This document shows, in pieces, positions 37,692-51,110 of a DNA stretch of 64,000 nucleotides. The notes below the pieces were generated by a model. That model ran no database searches. It had not been told where the DNA came from and saw only the letters and a list, made by a program, of their open reading frames with translations. The position numbers and the translations under genes are program-made. The stretch spans positions 117,492,001-117,556,000 of the forward strand of contig NC_087436.1 in the NCBI RefSeq assembly GCF_036321535.1, in the 5' to 3' direction. The stretch is from Camelus dromedarius (lineage: Eukaryota). Positions within the stretch are counted from its first letter, which is position 1; each line of letters opens with the position of its first letter.

Positions 37692-39399
37692 TGTGTTGGA
37701 GTCTGTAAAATGCTGGCACCTAGGATGAGGACAAAGCTATCCGCTCCCTGAAGCCCATGTTTCTCCTCATCTGTGAGCTTAGTCTGGCCAGGGACGAAGC
37801 TAGGCCAGCACCGGGGGTGGGGGTGCTGGCTGCTCCTCCTCACCTGCTGTGGGAAGAACCGGGACCACACACAGATGCCTCATCAGTCCCCGTCCTCCGT
37901 TCCAAGGGCCTTTGCCAGAGGATGATGAGGCCAAGCCCCAAGGCCGGTGGCAGTGGCCAATGCCTGGGACATCTGCCCTCCCTGGGCCAAGAGCCTGGGA
38001 CCCACTAGGCTGCCCTGTGGTCAAAGGCCCACTTGGACCCTGCTGGGGACCTGGGGCCAGCTAAGAGGAATCCACGTACCTCATCTGTGTAAGGAGGGGG
38101 GATGGGTTCCTGGGGAATTTGAAATCCGGGCCCCCAGGGCCAGGTTCCTAGGCTGGGCCGGCAGGGGCTGTTCCTGGTCTCTAGGAATATTCCTAGGGCT
38201 TGCGGGGTCATGGTCTCTGGTGAGGGGGTCTCTCATGGTTCTCACGTGGCTGATGGGAAACGCTGGGTCTCAGGTCATCAGCCAAGCAAAGCAGAACTAG
38301 ACAAAGGGTGGTAAAGTAAGACCCTGGAGGACACTTACTCGTGCCCTGGCCGGGCCCCAGCAGCACTTAGGGGCCTGGGGAGGTTCCCCTTCCCCAGCAG
38401 CAGCCTTCCTCTGGCTCCTGGTCTTGTGCCCGCACCCCCGCAGTTTTCCCCCTGGGGGGTCCTGTGGGCAGGGCTGGCTGGAAGTCTGTAAAGTGGGGCC
38501 CTAATCTGGGCAGCTGCGACAGTGGCCCCGCTGAGGGGAGAGAGCGCAGAGGATCAGGTTAGAAACTCCCTCTTCGTCCCAGGCCTCCCGTTCTCTGCGC
38601 CCTGGATACTCCAGCCGACTGGACCAGAGAAACCCTCCAAAGAGAGGGCACTCGGAGCCCTCTCTTTGCCCTGAATATCTTCCCTTCAGATACCCTGGGC
38701 GAACCCCTCAAACCCGGACACCATCCCAGCTCTGGAGAGCGCTCCCCCCACATCCTGCGCCACCAATCTCCCCCCTCCATTCCCATCCGAACCTCCTTTC
38801 AATAGGGACACGCCCTCTTTTTGTAGCCCTCTCCCCAACCCAGGCAAGCTCCGCTCTGGTCTCTGCCACCGCCCACAGCCTCCTGGAACCCTCCCCCCAG
38901 GACCCTTCACTATTCGTCAGGACTCCCAGATCGGCTCGGCTGTCAGCGGGTGACCTTTTCCCCCACTTTTGGGGACAGCTCCATCCCTAGGATCTACCCC
39001 CAACCCCCGCGCCCCTTTCTCGCTTCGAATCGCCTTGCGCCCGGGCCGCCGCCGCCGCCCCACGGTTGCATAGCCCGCACCCCTCTTTCCCCCCCGTCCC
39101 AGCCTCCAGCCCTGGGGAACCCTCCCGCCGCTCCGAGCCTCCCCTCCGGAGCGCGATCCCACCCCGCTCCTAGCAGCGCCCCCATCTGCAGGTTGGCGCG
39201 GCCGCGGGGCCCGTGGGGAGCGCTCCCCCGCGCTCCTTTGTGCGGCCGGCGCGCGCGCTGCGTCAAGGCTGCCGCCGCCACACGCACACACTCACCGCGC
39301 GCAGTTAACCCCCGGGAGCAGCAGGAAGGGAGGCGGCGAACGGGAGGAGGGAGCCCAATCGCGCGGCGCCCCCGCCCCAGCCCCGCGCGCGGCGCCGCC

Positions 39400-39482
39400 T
39401 CCGCCATTGCTGCGAGCCGGAGCGGGCGACGCGGAGGCTCGGAGCGCGCTCGGAGCTCAGACCTGCCGGAGCCGGGCGTGGG
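39400..39482 (+). other. NSG1: NSG1 non-coding exon 1 (5'UTR; start approximate)
   Basis: Lies downstream of CCAAT and GC boxes in the CpG island. Ends in the strong donor GGG|gtgagt (GT at 39483) and contains no ATG. The next good acceptor is at 39868. Confidence 0.75.
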
Positions 39483-39708
39483 GTGAGTGCCGGCCCGCGG
39501 GGCCTCGGGGCGCCGAGGCTGGGCCCTCCCGCCGAGGAGCGGGGTCCGGGGGCCGCGCAGCCCCCCGGGTGGGAGGGACTGGGGTCCCCTGGAGGGTCTC
39601 TGGCGCAGCGGCGCCAGGACTGGGGACGCGCTAGACCCGCCGGCAGGGGCGGTGCCTCCTCCCCGGCCGCGGTGCGCCCCGCGCCCCGCGCTCTTGTCCA
39701 GCGGGTGA

Positions 39709-40224
<516 letters not shown>

Positions 40225-43120
40225 TGAAAGCTTCATCCTGACAGTGGAACGCCGTAGGTAAAGGTCCTTTCCTGATTTTCGTGGGAATCTTGTCCAAGAG
40301 CGGGCACTGGCCCCACCGCCGCCAACCCAGCCCTGCTTATCCCAGCCCCGCGGTACCCGGAGCTCGGGTTCCGGGATGAGCCCAGGGGCGGCGCGGCTGC
40401 CCCTCACGCCTTCACAGGTGATGCAATTCCAGCCCGATTTGCCCCTTTGCGGTGGGGAGGCCCCTTTCCTTGGCCAGATGGACCCTCCTTAGGGGCTGAA
40501 TCCCCTTCTTTACCCTCTCTGCCCGCCCCTCCCACACCGTTGGTAAATGCGGCAGGGTGCGCGCTCCTACACCGCCTCCTTCCTCTCTTTGTTCCTTTTG
40601 TGAAATCTCCAAATAAGCACTTGTGCTCCTCAGTGTAACTGGGGACAACCATTCATCATCCTCTTCTCAGAGCGGGGTTTTTCTTTGTGCTGAATTTAAA
40701 GAAGCACCCCCTCTTTCCTTAAATACAGCACACAATTAAGTAGTTCCTGTCCATTAAGAGCCATATTTTCCAGAGTTAATGCTAAAAGATGTTGAAGAGC
40801 CTAGACAATTATATTGTAAAACTCAAACCTAAAATAATCAACACGCATCCATTCTGATAATCTTGCTGCTGCTTAAAACCACCGCAGCCTCGGGTTAGCT
40901 CACTCAGTTCCCTGAAGGGTCTCCGCATTTATTGTTTCATTTAGTCCCTGGCAGGGAGGTTGTGACTCAGGGCTTGTCGTTTATTCCAGCATGTTGGTGA
41001 TTGCTGGCCACAGGGCAGGGTAGGGATGGGGGAATGTCCCTGCAGTGGGTCCTATCTTTCTGGAAGATTTGTTTATTCCCATGGTGGGTCCTTGGAGAGA
41101 CTAACTCAGCTCTGCAAAGTGGTTGTGATTCCCAACTCTGGTCTGTGTTTGGGTAGTGGGGCGGGGATAGGGGCAGGAGGGAGGCTGCAGCAGGTGCTTC
41201 ATTTCAAGAAAAGAGGCTCAGCTGCTCACACCTGTGCACCCAGGCCATGTGGGGCCACTCTGAAGCATTGACGGCCCAAAAGAGGCTTTGCAGGAGGGCT
41301 GGGCTGCCTGAGGCCTCAGCTTCTGTCTCGCCTCCCCCTTCCCTGTCAAGGTGTCAGACTTGCCCAGTTTGCACAGCCTGGTGCCACTGTCCCCACCTTC
41401 CCCTCCTGCCTCAGCCCTAGAGTGGTAGTGGCTGGTGCCAGGAACACCGTGTCCCCATGCAGCACCTTTGTCAGGTGATTCCCTCCATGCAGCCTCAGCC
41501 TCCTCTTTTGTCCTCAGTCTGTTCCATTCCAGAACCATCTGGCACACGGTTGGCTTATACTGGGGAGGAGGGTTTCAGGCCATCCTGGAGTAGCCCAGGC
41601 AGCAGGTTTCACCTGGGGGGTCCCCCATCCCTGGGGGCAGCTGGCAGGGATGCTCCAGCGGTGGGAGTCTCGCAGGGAGTGACTGTTGAGCTAGAAGATT
41701 CCTGAGGTCGCAGATGAGGAAACCAAGTCTCAGAGAACTTCTGGGACATGCCCAAGGTCGCACAGTTCCCCAGAATGCAGAAGTCTTGGCAGGGCCTCTA
41801 GCTCTGCCCTGCTTGGAACCAGCCTCGCACAAGACATCTCCTAACCTGAATAGCAGTAGCATGTTTCTCCCAGCCGGGGTTCAGGGAGGCGATGTCATCT
41901 GCCCCAGGTGCCATGTGTCCCAGGGCGGATAATCTAGTTCAGGTTGTGAACCTGAACCTGTGCCGAGTGCCAACGTTCCGGAGGTGTGACAGTGCCGGTA
42001 GTCACAGGGCTGCAGCAGCAGCAGGCCCGGCTCACCTGACCTGTGTTGAATGCTTGCTATGCACCAGGCGCCCGCCTGCATGCTTGACAGTTTTCAACTC
42101 CTTTAATGTCCTGATGTTAGGAGGGAACTACCACTATTACCCCATTTTACAGATGTGGAAATGGAGGCACAGAGAGTTTAAGGAACTTGCCTGAAGTCAC
42201 TTAGCCTATTAGTGGCAGAGGCCGACTGAATCTGGGCTGATGAATGCTGACGGGGTACCCCCTGGGCCGGGGGTTCATGGAGTCCCTCTTCTTCACAGTA
42301 GCCCAACCAACAGGCTTTCCTCCCATTTCACAGGCCAGGACACGGGGTTTCCGAGTAACCAAGTGTGTGCTCAGGATCACACGGCTACTCAGGTCCAGGT
42401 GGGCTTGGAGGATGGCAGGGTGAGGCCCAGGCGCTGCTGAGAGACAGGCACCCGGGGTTGGTGGAGGGGCGCACACAGGCTGCCACGCTGGGCACGGAGG
42501 GAGAGCTGCGGGCAAAGGGGGGACGGGGGAGGCAGGAGAGGGTTTGCCCTGGGCAGAGGCGGAGCAGGTTTGCTGGTTGGAAAAACATCTGCTTCACAGT
42601 GCAGAGGGGAGGGGGAACAGAGCGGGCTGACCCTTTAAGGGCTGTTGCAGAGACCCAGAGAGAGGAGGGGAGCAGGGTGGAGACAGACAGACTCCCCATG
42701 ATCAATTTCCCTGAAGGCTGGCTGCCTGCTCCTTCCTAGTCCTGAAGGGGAATAATGCGTGTGCATCTTCTCATTTACCCCTGGCGGCCGCCAGTAAAGA
42801 CGAGTGGAAAGCCAAGTGCATCCTCCCCACCACCTGGGCTGATGAAGCTCTGGGCAGTGAAGGGAGCCCCGCTGATGCCTGTAAGCCCTGCCACCTGTTA
42901 AGTACGAGGCCTTGGCCAATGAGCTTAACTTATCTGCCCCCCTGTTATCATATTTCCCTCCTGGGGCTGCTATCAGGATGATTAATGGGTAATTTCTCTG
43001 AAAGTCTTGGCACAGAGGAGATTTCTAAGAAGTGGCTATTCTCTCAAACACTTCCTGGCCAAATGGTGACTTTGAACTTGAGGGTTCCCATACCCTTCTT
43101 TTTGGGGCAGGTGTGTCTGA

Positions 43121-43339
<219 letters not shown>

Positions 43340-46300
43340 TGAGCTGCAGAGATGACCAGGGAGTGACGGGAACAGGACGAGACACCGTCTCTCTGGGCTG
43401 ATCCCACATGTGCGAAACCCATTTCGTGATTTTTACAAATTTCTTCTTTTATCTTCCAAAATGATCACCTATTACTTAGTTTTAATAACAGGGAAAATTT
43501 CTAAACTTTCTTTTAGACAAAGGTTAGAAACATATGGAAGATCACTTACCAAACATTAAAAATCTTTACCTACAGCTCTGGGAAGGGGCAGACAGTAATA
43601 AAAAAGCAGCCTGCTGTAACTCATCTGGTGCAAGGCCAGGCTGAGCCTTTACATTTGCGGGCTCATGTGAGCAGCCCTCCCCGGGAGGTCAGTGCTATCT
43701 GTGTCACCCATTTTGCAGATGGGGAGGTTGAGGCACAGGGTGGTCACAGCTCTTCGTGGCAAGGCCAGGATCCAGAGGCCATACAGTCCAGAGCCCTTGT
43801 GTTCACACTCCATCCGTCACCACCCCGGGCACAATGCAGGGGTGTGGGGCTTGGCCGGCCCTGTACCCTGGTTGCTGGAAGTGCTCGCTCTGGGGAGGGA
43901 AGCCTTGCTCTGGATGGTTCTTCAGGCAGGGCAGGGACAGCTGGGCCTGGGGACAGTCTTTTCCACTGAGTCTGGGTGACCTCAGAGGGTGGAGGCAGCT
44001 GGGTTGGTTAAGGAACAAGTTAGGATATGAATCTTCTGGAAACTTGTTCTTTGGGAAACATGAGAGATGGTAAAATGGGGCCCCTCATCTAGATTCAAAA
44101 GAGTGATTTGGGAGCCAGCAGTGTGTCACCCAGGCCTTGAAGACTGGCCTCGGCTGGCTCCCTGGTTGCCCCCCACGTGGATGTGGGAGCTGTTTGCTTT
44201 TGCTGAGGGTACAGCTGCCTGCTCACCGCAACAGCCCTGCAGTTTCCAAAGCCCCTTTGCATACGCGGCGTCCTGTTCCACCTCCACGGCAGCCCTGTGA
44301 ACTGGCTAAGAGATGAAAGTGATGCCTGGAGCAGCGAGGTGGCTTCGTGGGGTGACTGTGGGCACCCAGGCATAATCTGACTTTCAGTCTTCTTCCCACC
44401 TCTCTGTGATGCCTCCCGGGGCTGGAGAAAAACCTGCCAGGCCAGAGGATTGCATTGGAGTTGCCACCTTTTGTGTCTGGGGGTGCATTTACTTGTGTTC
44501 ACTCATCCAGTCCTCCCAGCAGCTCCCCCCAGAAGCAGGTGCTGTTAGTTTAACCCATTTTACAGATGGGGAAGTTGAGGCACAGAAATGCCCATAGTTT
44601 CTGCTGGTGGCCTCAGGAGGGTGCTCTTCTAGCACCTCCTGGCCTGGCAGCCCATTGTTTTGAGGTTCACGGGGGACTGGGTCAGACTGACCTGAGGTCA
44701 GCATCTCTCTCCGGCTCTGGCCGGCCAGTTTGGCATGTGCCAAGTCTGTTGCTGTTTGCACGGCCCTCCCTGTTCACGCCCTGGGAGCAGCCCCTGGCTC
44801 AGGCAGCAGTGACCTCGGTTTCAAGGTCATAATAGCCGTCATCCTGATGGTGGACACTGTCTGGGTATCCGAGCTGTCTGGGTTTCTCATCCCTAACTTG
44901 AACTTTGCCTCTCCTGGGCCCAGCATCTTGGGTCCCCATGGAGTGAGGAGCTTTGTGGCACTTGAATGGCTGTCCCTTTTATCTGTTGAGTGTCAGTTGT
45001 GTGCCAAACCCTGCCTCCAGGGGCCTTTGTGCTTTGCATGCACGCTCACCTGATGCAGGTCCGCAGGTCCCCAAGTCCCTTGTTTAAGGTGTGGGTGACG
45101 CACATGGGCCACCAGGGCTCTTGGTAGCCACGGCAGGGCCATTGTGTGGTTACTTGGCTCCAGTTGCCCAGAACCCGAGGGCCCAGAAGATCAGTGCCCA
45201 TCCCAGTGGATTGGGTTGTGGTGGCTCCTGGGGATGCCCGAGAAGGTGGTGTATACAGTAAGTGCTCAGTGGGTTGTTGCCCTGCAGTGGGTCCATTTCC
45301 CTAGTTCCATACAGAAATGGACCAGGCATGTCCGTTCACTCAGATCTGTGGCCTCCTTAGGATCCATAGCATCACAGCCCCTTTTGCAAATGAGGCTGTT
45401 TGGTCCCAGGTGGTCACCCCCCACCACTCTGTCTGCGAGCCCAGTGCCCTCCCACCATGCCTCCTGCCATACGTGCCTCCCTGCAGACCTGCCTTCCGAT
45501 TCTTAGAACCGATTCCCCTTCCATTGCCTTCCAGTGCCGGCTCAGGTATCACCTCTGCCGTGAAGACTCCTGGGATTAACCTCACCTCCTGGTGTTTCCA
45601 CTGCCCTCCATACCGAGCCAGTAGCCGCATGGAACAGTTCTGGAGCGCTCCCATGGGCCAGACTCCGGGTCAGGCTCGTTACATTTCTGATCTCATTTTA
45701 TCCTCAGAAACCTCACGGGGCAGGCACCGTTATTATCTGCACTTTACAGCCGAGGGGACCCGAGGCAGAGATCTTGGACCAGGCAGCCTGCTTTTGGCTG
45801 TAGCACCTGAGGTCCAGGCACCTCCTTCTGGAGGACAGGTTCGCAGGGGATGCTCTCAGCCCCAGGCAACCCACTGTGCTGCTTCTAAGAAGCCTGTTCC
45901 TTTGTGGACTTGAAACCCTTTCCCAGTAGCTGCAGCCCCAAGGCCCTCAGGGGCACAAGTCCCCCTCCTTCCCAGCAGCCTTCGGATATGGGGGGCCTGC
46001 ATACCCCAAGCCCTCCCCCATGTAAGCATCATTTTTCTGCTTTCCCTTCCTTTTCTGTCGCAGTGTCCAGGCCCCTTTCCCCGGCCTGTGCTTCTCTTCG
46101 AGTGAGTGGGGTGGCCCTTGTATGCAAAGGCCCAACAACCTGAGTTGGTGACCTGGGGGAAGCAGGTGGCCCCCGAGCCACCTCAGGCAGACTGATGGCA
46201 CTGAGGTCTCTGGGTGCGGACAGGACTTTCTAGGCCCTCTGTGCCAGGCAGGAGAAGAGCGCCCTGATGCCTCCCCGCTAGCGCTGGGCACACTCACAGT

Positions 46301-47425
46301 GACGGCTCCGAACGTCCGGGGATGACCGAGAGGGCTGCCGGCCCCGCGGGAGTGGGGGCCTGGCGTCGTTTCCCGGGCTGCTCTTGGGACTCTCGCCTGT
46401 TGGGTGAGTTGGATGGCAGTTCCTGAGGGAGGCCTCTCTGGCCATGCCTGGATGCGAGCCCTTTGCAGGTGGTCACTCAGTTGGCAGGTGACCTGCGCAG
46501 TGTCACAGTCATTGCGCGGCAGAGCAAGCTCTGAGCCCAGGCACCTGGCCAGTGTGACCCGTGGGCCCGACCTGCATAGCTGAACGACCTGCCTTTGCTC
46601 CAGCGCCCGTCTGAACAGGAAGCAGGCTTACCTGGTTCCCTGCGCGCCCACCGCGGGGTCTGTGTGTGGGAGGCAGCCAGCCTGGGGCCACCGGCGTTGG
46701 AACCACCTGAAGTTCGATTTAACAGGGACCCTGGACCCTAGGACGGGCATTGTAACAAGCTCTCCAGGTGATCCTCATGGTACTGAGTTTGTAACCTTTT
46801 ATGGGCAGGGCTGTCTTCTAGCACAAGAGGAGGGCTTGTGCTTTTGGAAATGCTAAAGGTACTCACCCTTCCAGAATGTTCTCCTGGCCGTTTACCACCC
46901 ATTATGTTTCTGATGTGTCTGAATGCATGCTTCTCTTGTGGGAAGCATCAGCTGGTCGAGGGCTGGGGGCTTTCTTTTGGAAAACGGGGATGTGAGCCGG
47001 CAAAAGGTTGTACTTGAGCTGCATGTGTGAGGGAAGGATGGAGACGAGGACCTGCAGCCCTCTGCTCCCCACCCCTGCTTGGGGGTGAGTCACAGCTTTG
47101 GCTGGGACAGAACATCTTCCACATCCTGCTGGTGACCGGGCAGCATCCATGTGGCTCCCCACCCCGGCCATCTCCTTGTGCTTTTTTTTGACTCCGTGTG
47201 TGAATGGCAGGAAGGAAATTGTGCCTTCCAGCTGTTGAAGCGACAAGTCAATATTGTGCCCTCCTTTTGTCTGTAATTTGTGGAGCTCGGGAGTGAGGTG
47301 CCGCTGCAGTGCGCCTCGTCCTTCTGTACCTTTGGACGGCATCCTTGAGACGGGATGTCTTTTTGGATGTTGCTTTATGATTATCACCCGGGGATTAATC
47401 TCTGGGCTACGAGGTTGCTAGGCTG

Positions 47426-47438
47426 GTTGCTAGGTAAC
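47426..47438. promoter_or_regulatory. RFX X-box
   Basis: GTTGCTAGGTAAC, a near-palindromic match to GTNRCY-N(0-3)-RGYAAC. Confidence 0.6.
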
Positions 47439-48563
47439 TGCTGGCTGGGGGAGGGCTTGGTGCGACTCCGCTGCACTGGGATTGCTGGGTGACTCACCCG
47501 GCGGCGGCGGCCCAAAGTCTGGGCTTCCGAAGAGGTTAGTGTCAACAAGGAAAGAGGCCGTTTAATTATTTGAAGGTGTGTTTATGCCGAGAATAAACAC
47601 GAGCTAAGATGTTTCTCAAATTAACTAAACCTAAATATGTTTTTAATTGCACTTTCCCACTCACCCATGCGGAGTGGCGGGTCGCCGTGCTGCTGGGGCC
47701 ACTTCTTAACGCTTGGAGGTTGGAGGGGGCGCAATTAGGCAGGCTACAGGAAAGTAAGGTACGTGCTGTGGCTGCAGCGATGGAGGGGTGCCGACCCCTC
47801 TGAGATCGACACGCTGGTCCTTGTGGGTTCAGGACTTGGGTGAGCAAGCCACACACCCTCACCTGGCACCACATTGCCTTAGGGGCTTTAAGAGGTTCCA
47901 GGGTCAGCCTTGCACAGAGCTGGGAGAATGTCCCACAAGGAGTGACCTGGTTGGTTTGAAGGGTCTCCCTGTGCTGTAGCAGGGGTCCCTTTGCCTCCCA
48001 TCACACGTGACTGTGTGGGTGGTTGGTGTCTTTTCTGACATCCTTAATGACCTTGAGCTTCCAGTAATCCCCCGGTGTGTCTCAGGATGCACCTGTTAAG
48101 TATTTATGACTGGCGACACTGTTTCCTTGGCACTCGGTGGTGGGGGCGGCCTTCCCGCGGTGGCACTGGGGATCCTGGAAATGCATTTTGACACCTCGTG
48201 GCCTTCCGCAGAGCATCACACAGGGCTTGCCGCCCCCCTCTGCGGTCTGCAGAGCCCACGGTTTTCCAGCCTAGCCTAGTGGGGGGCTTCCTCCACAGTC
48301 AGGTAATTAAGTGGGTTGAATCATCTGTGGGGGAGAAATGTCTGTGTGTTCACTTTGTCTGGGTTTCCTAAAATATTTAGCACTGTCAGCGTTTGGAGAG
48401 GTCAGAATTCATGTTATTTTTCCAAGATTTTTTTTTTTAAACTGCATTACTCAGCAGAAAAGCACATTTCCTTTTTCCCTCCCCCTCCCCCCCCCCCCAG
48501 GGTGAGAGGGCGGAGAGCGGAGAATAAGGATGACCCAGTGTCTGCTTGGGCCCTTAGTTAGTC

Positions 48564-48710
48564 TTTTTTTTTTTTAATTAAAAAATATTTTTAATGGGGG
48601 GAGGTAATTATTTATTGAATTAATTATTTTAAACAGAGGCACTGGGAGGTGCACCCAGGTCCTCAGGCATGCTAGGCATGCGCTCTGCCACTGCGCTGTA
48701 CCTTCCCCCC
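48564..48710 (-). mobile_element. tRNA-Ala-derived SINE (Vic-1-like), diverged, in NSG1 intron 3
   Basis: T-tail, ggggaggtaatta motif and tRNA-like head, all alignable to the other two copies. Confidence 0.8.
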
Positions 48711-49439
48711 TAGTAACAGTCTTGAAGGTTGATCTCGTCCTGGTTTTGGAGGTGGGGGATTCAGGTCAGAGAGGAACAGGCCCGAGGTCGGCTGATCACC
48801 GAGGGTGGAAGTAGGATTCAGACCCACACCCATCTGATACCCAGCCCGCCATGCTCTGCCTTCCCCCTCAGCAGCTGCATGGGGTCCATGGGGTGCAGAG
48901 GCCTGCTGCAGACACCTCCGTCCCCACCCCAGCTGGGCCGGGGCCCCTGGGGGGCCTCCAGCAGGAGAAGAGGTCCCAGACCAGAAAGAGCAGTTGGGAA
49001 CACAGCCGGTTCAAATGCTGCGCCAGCCCCTCGTCTGTGAGGTCGGGGGACTGCTGATTGCCTGCCCATGGTGAACGCTGAGGGAGCGGGCACGAGGGCC
49101 AGGGCCTTGTCAGTGGAGCAGCCGTGCAACTTATGGCCCAGATTGGGACGCTTGTGAAGGTGACAGTGACACTGCGCATTTGGGGATGCTGAGGCAGTAA
49201 CCGTCCACTGGGACCTTCCTGAGCATCTAGGACACATGGTCCTCACCTTATAAACTCCCTGTAAAGTTCACCCCAAGGCCCGCATCCTATTTGCTAACCA
49301 TTCCTGGCTGTTCTTTCCAGAACACCCCCTGCCTCCGGCCCCTCTTTTCTCTGGGGTAGCGCTGCTTGGACTTGGGCTCATGGTCTTGTCGGGACCCCGC
49401 CACAGCCTGTGCTGACCCCAGCCTCCCGTCTCTGGCTCA

Positions 49440-51110
49440 CTTTTTTTTTTTTTGGTAGTAAAATAGAATACAAAATTTATGTGAAATTTACCATTTTAAA
49501 GTGTTCAATTCAGTGATGTCTCGTACATTCACAGTGTTGTCCAACCATCACCACTCACTGGTTCCAGAACATTTTCATCACTCCCAGAGGGGCCCCACAC
49601 CCATTGTCTGTCACTCCCTGGTTCCCCCTCCCCTCAGCCCTGAGCAGCCACTAATTTGCTTTCTGTCTCTCTGCACTTCCCTGTTCTGGACATTTCATAT
49701 AAATGGAATCATCCAAGATGCGGTCTTATATGATAGGATAATACTCACTGAGGATTGTGTTCTCAGGGTCCATCATGTTGTAGTCTGTATCAGTGCTTTG
49801 TATCTCTTTATGGCTGAGTAATGCTCCCTTGTACGGACGCACTGCATTTTGTTTATCCATTCATCCACGGATGGACGTTGGGGTCCTTTCCACCTTTCGG
49901 TTAAATGTGAATAGTGCTGCAGTGATCGTTCACGTCCAAGTTTCTGTGAGCACCTGCTTTGAGTTTTCTTGGGTACGTACCTAGGAGTGGAATTGCCAGC
50001 CTGTGTGGTGCTTTTATGTTTAGCACATCCAGGAACTGCTGTGCTCCACAGCAGCTGCACCATTTTATATTCCCACCAGCAGTGTACGAGGTTTTCACTT
50101 TCTTCATATCCTCACCAACACTTGTTCCTTGTTTATTTATGTTTATTACAGCTGTTCTAGTGGGTGTGAGGTGTTATCTCGTTGTGCTTTTGCTCTGCGC
50201 TTTCCAATGGCTAATGATACTGTGTCTTTTCCTCTGCCTGCTGGCCGTTTGTTTATCTTCTTTGGAGAGCCGTCTAATTCAAGTCCTTTCCCATTTTTAA
50301 TTGGGTTGTTTGTCTTTCTGTTGTTGTAAGATTTCCTTTTATATTCTGGAAACTAAAGCCTTACCAGCTATATCATTTGCAGGTATTTTCTATATTCTGT
50401 GGGCTTCCTTTTCACTTTCTTGCTTGTGTTTAATGCACAAAAATTTTTTAATTTTGGTGAAGTACAATTTATTTTTTGTTTTTGTTGGTTGTGCTTTTGG
50501 TGTTGTATCTAAGACACCATTGCCAAATGCAAGGTCATGAAGATTTACCTCTCAGTTTTCTTCTAAGAGTTTTATGGCTTTGGCTTTTATATTTAGGTCT
50601 TCATTTCATTTTGAGTTAATTTTTGTATGTGGTGTGAGGTCAGGGTCCAACTCGATTCTTTTGTGTGCAGATAGATACCCAGTTGTCCCAACGCCATTTG
50701 TTGAAGAAACCGTTTTTGCCCCGTGGATGTCTTGGCACCCTTATCAAAAATCAGACTGTGGACACGAGGTTTTAGTTCTGGACTCTCCATTCTATTGCAC
50801 TGATTTATGTAGCCATTCTGATGCCAGTGCCACACTGTTTTGATTACTGCAGCTTTGCAGTAAGTTTTGAAATTGGGAAGTGTGAATCCTCCCACTTATT
50901 CTTTGTTTTCAAGGTTGCCTTAGCTCTTCACGATCCCTTGCAATTTACAATTCTGCGAAAACGGCTGTTGGGATTTTGATGGGGATTGCGTTGAATCTGT
51001 GCATCAGTTTGGAAAGTAGTCCCATCTTAATATTAAGTCTTCCAGTCCAAGATCTCTTTCCATTTATTTGGGTCTTCTTTAATTTCTTTCAGCAGTGTCT
51101 TACAGTTTGC
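49440..51110 (-). mobile_element. L1MB-like element (ORF2 end plus 3'UTR), antisense in NSG1 intron 3
   Basis: T-tail at 49441. Minus-strand ORF 50593-50895 ([29 protein letters not shown]) is recognisable L1 ORF2. Confidence 0.9.

Noticed and set aside
1..38900. Exons of an upstream neighbour gene or a processed pseudogene
   Set aside because: No recognisable coding homology, zinc-finger pattern or retrocopy signature was found by eye. A tblastx search would be needed to exclude very decayed remnants.
50593..50895. ORF resembling a reverse-transcriptase protein C-terminal region
   Set aside because: A decayed L1 ORF2 fragment within a truncated L1, not a functional gene or novel RT system.
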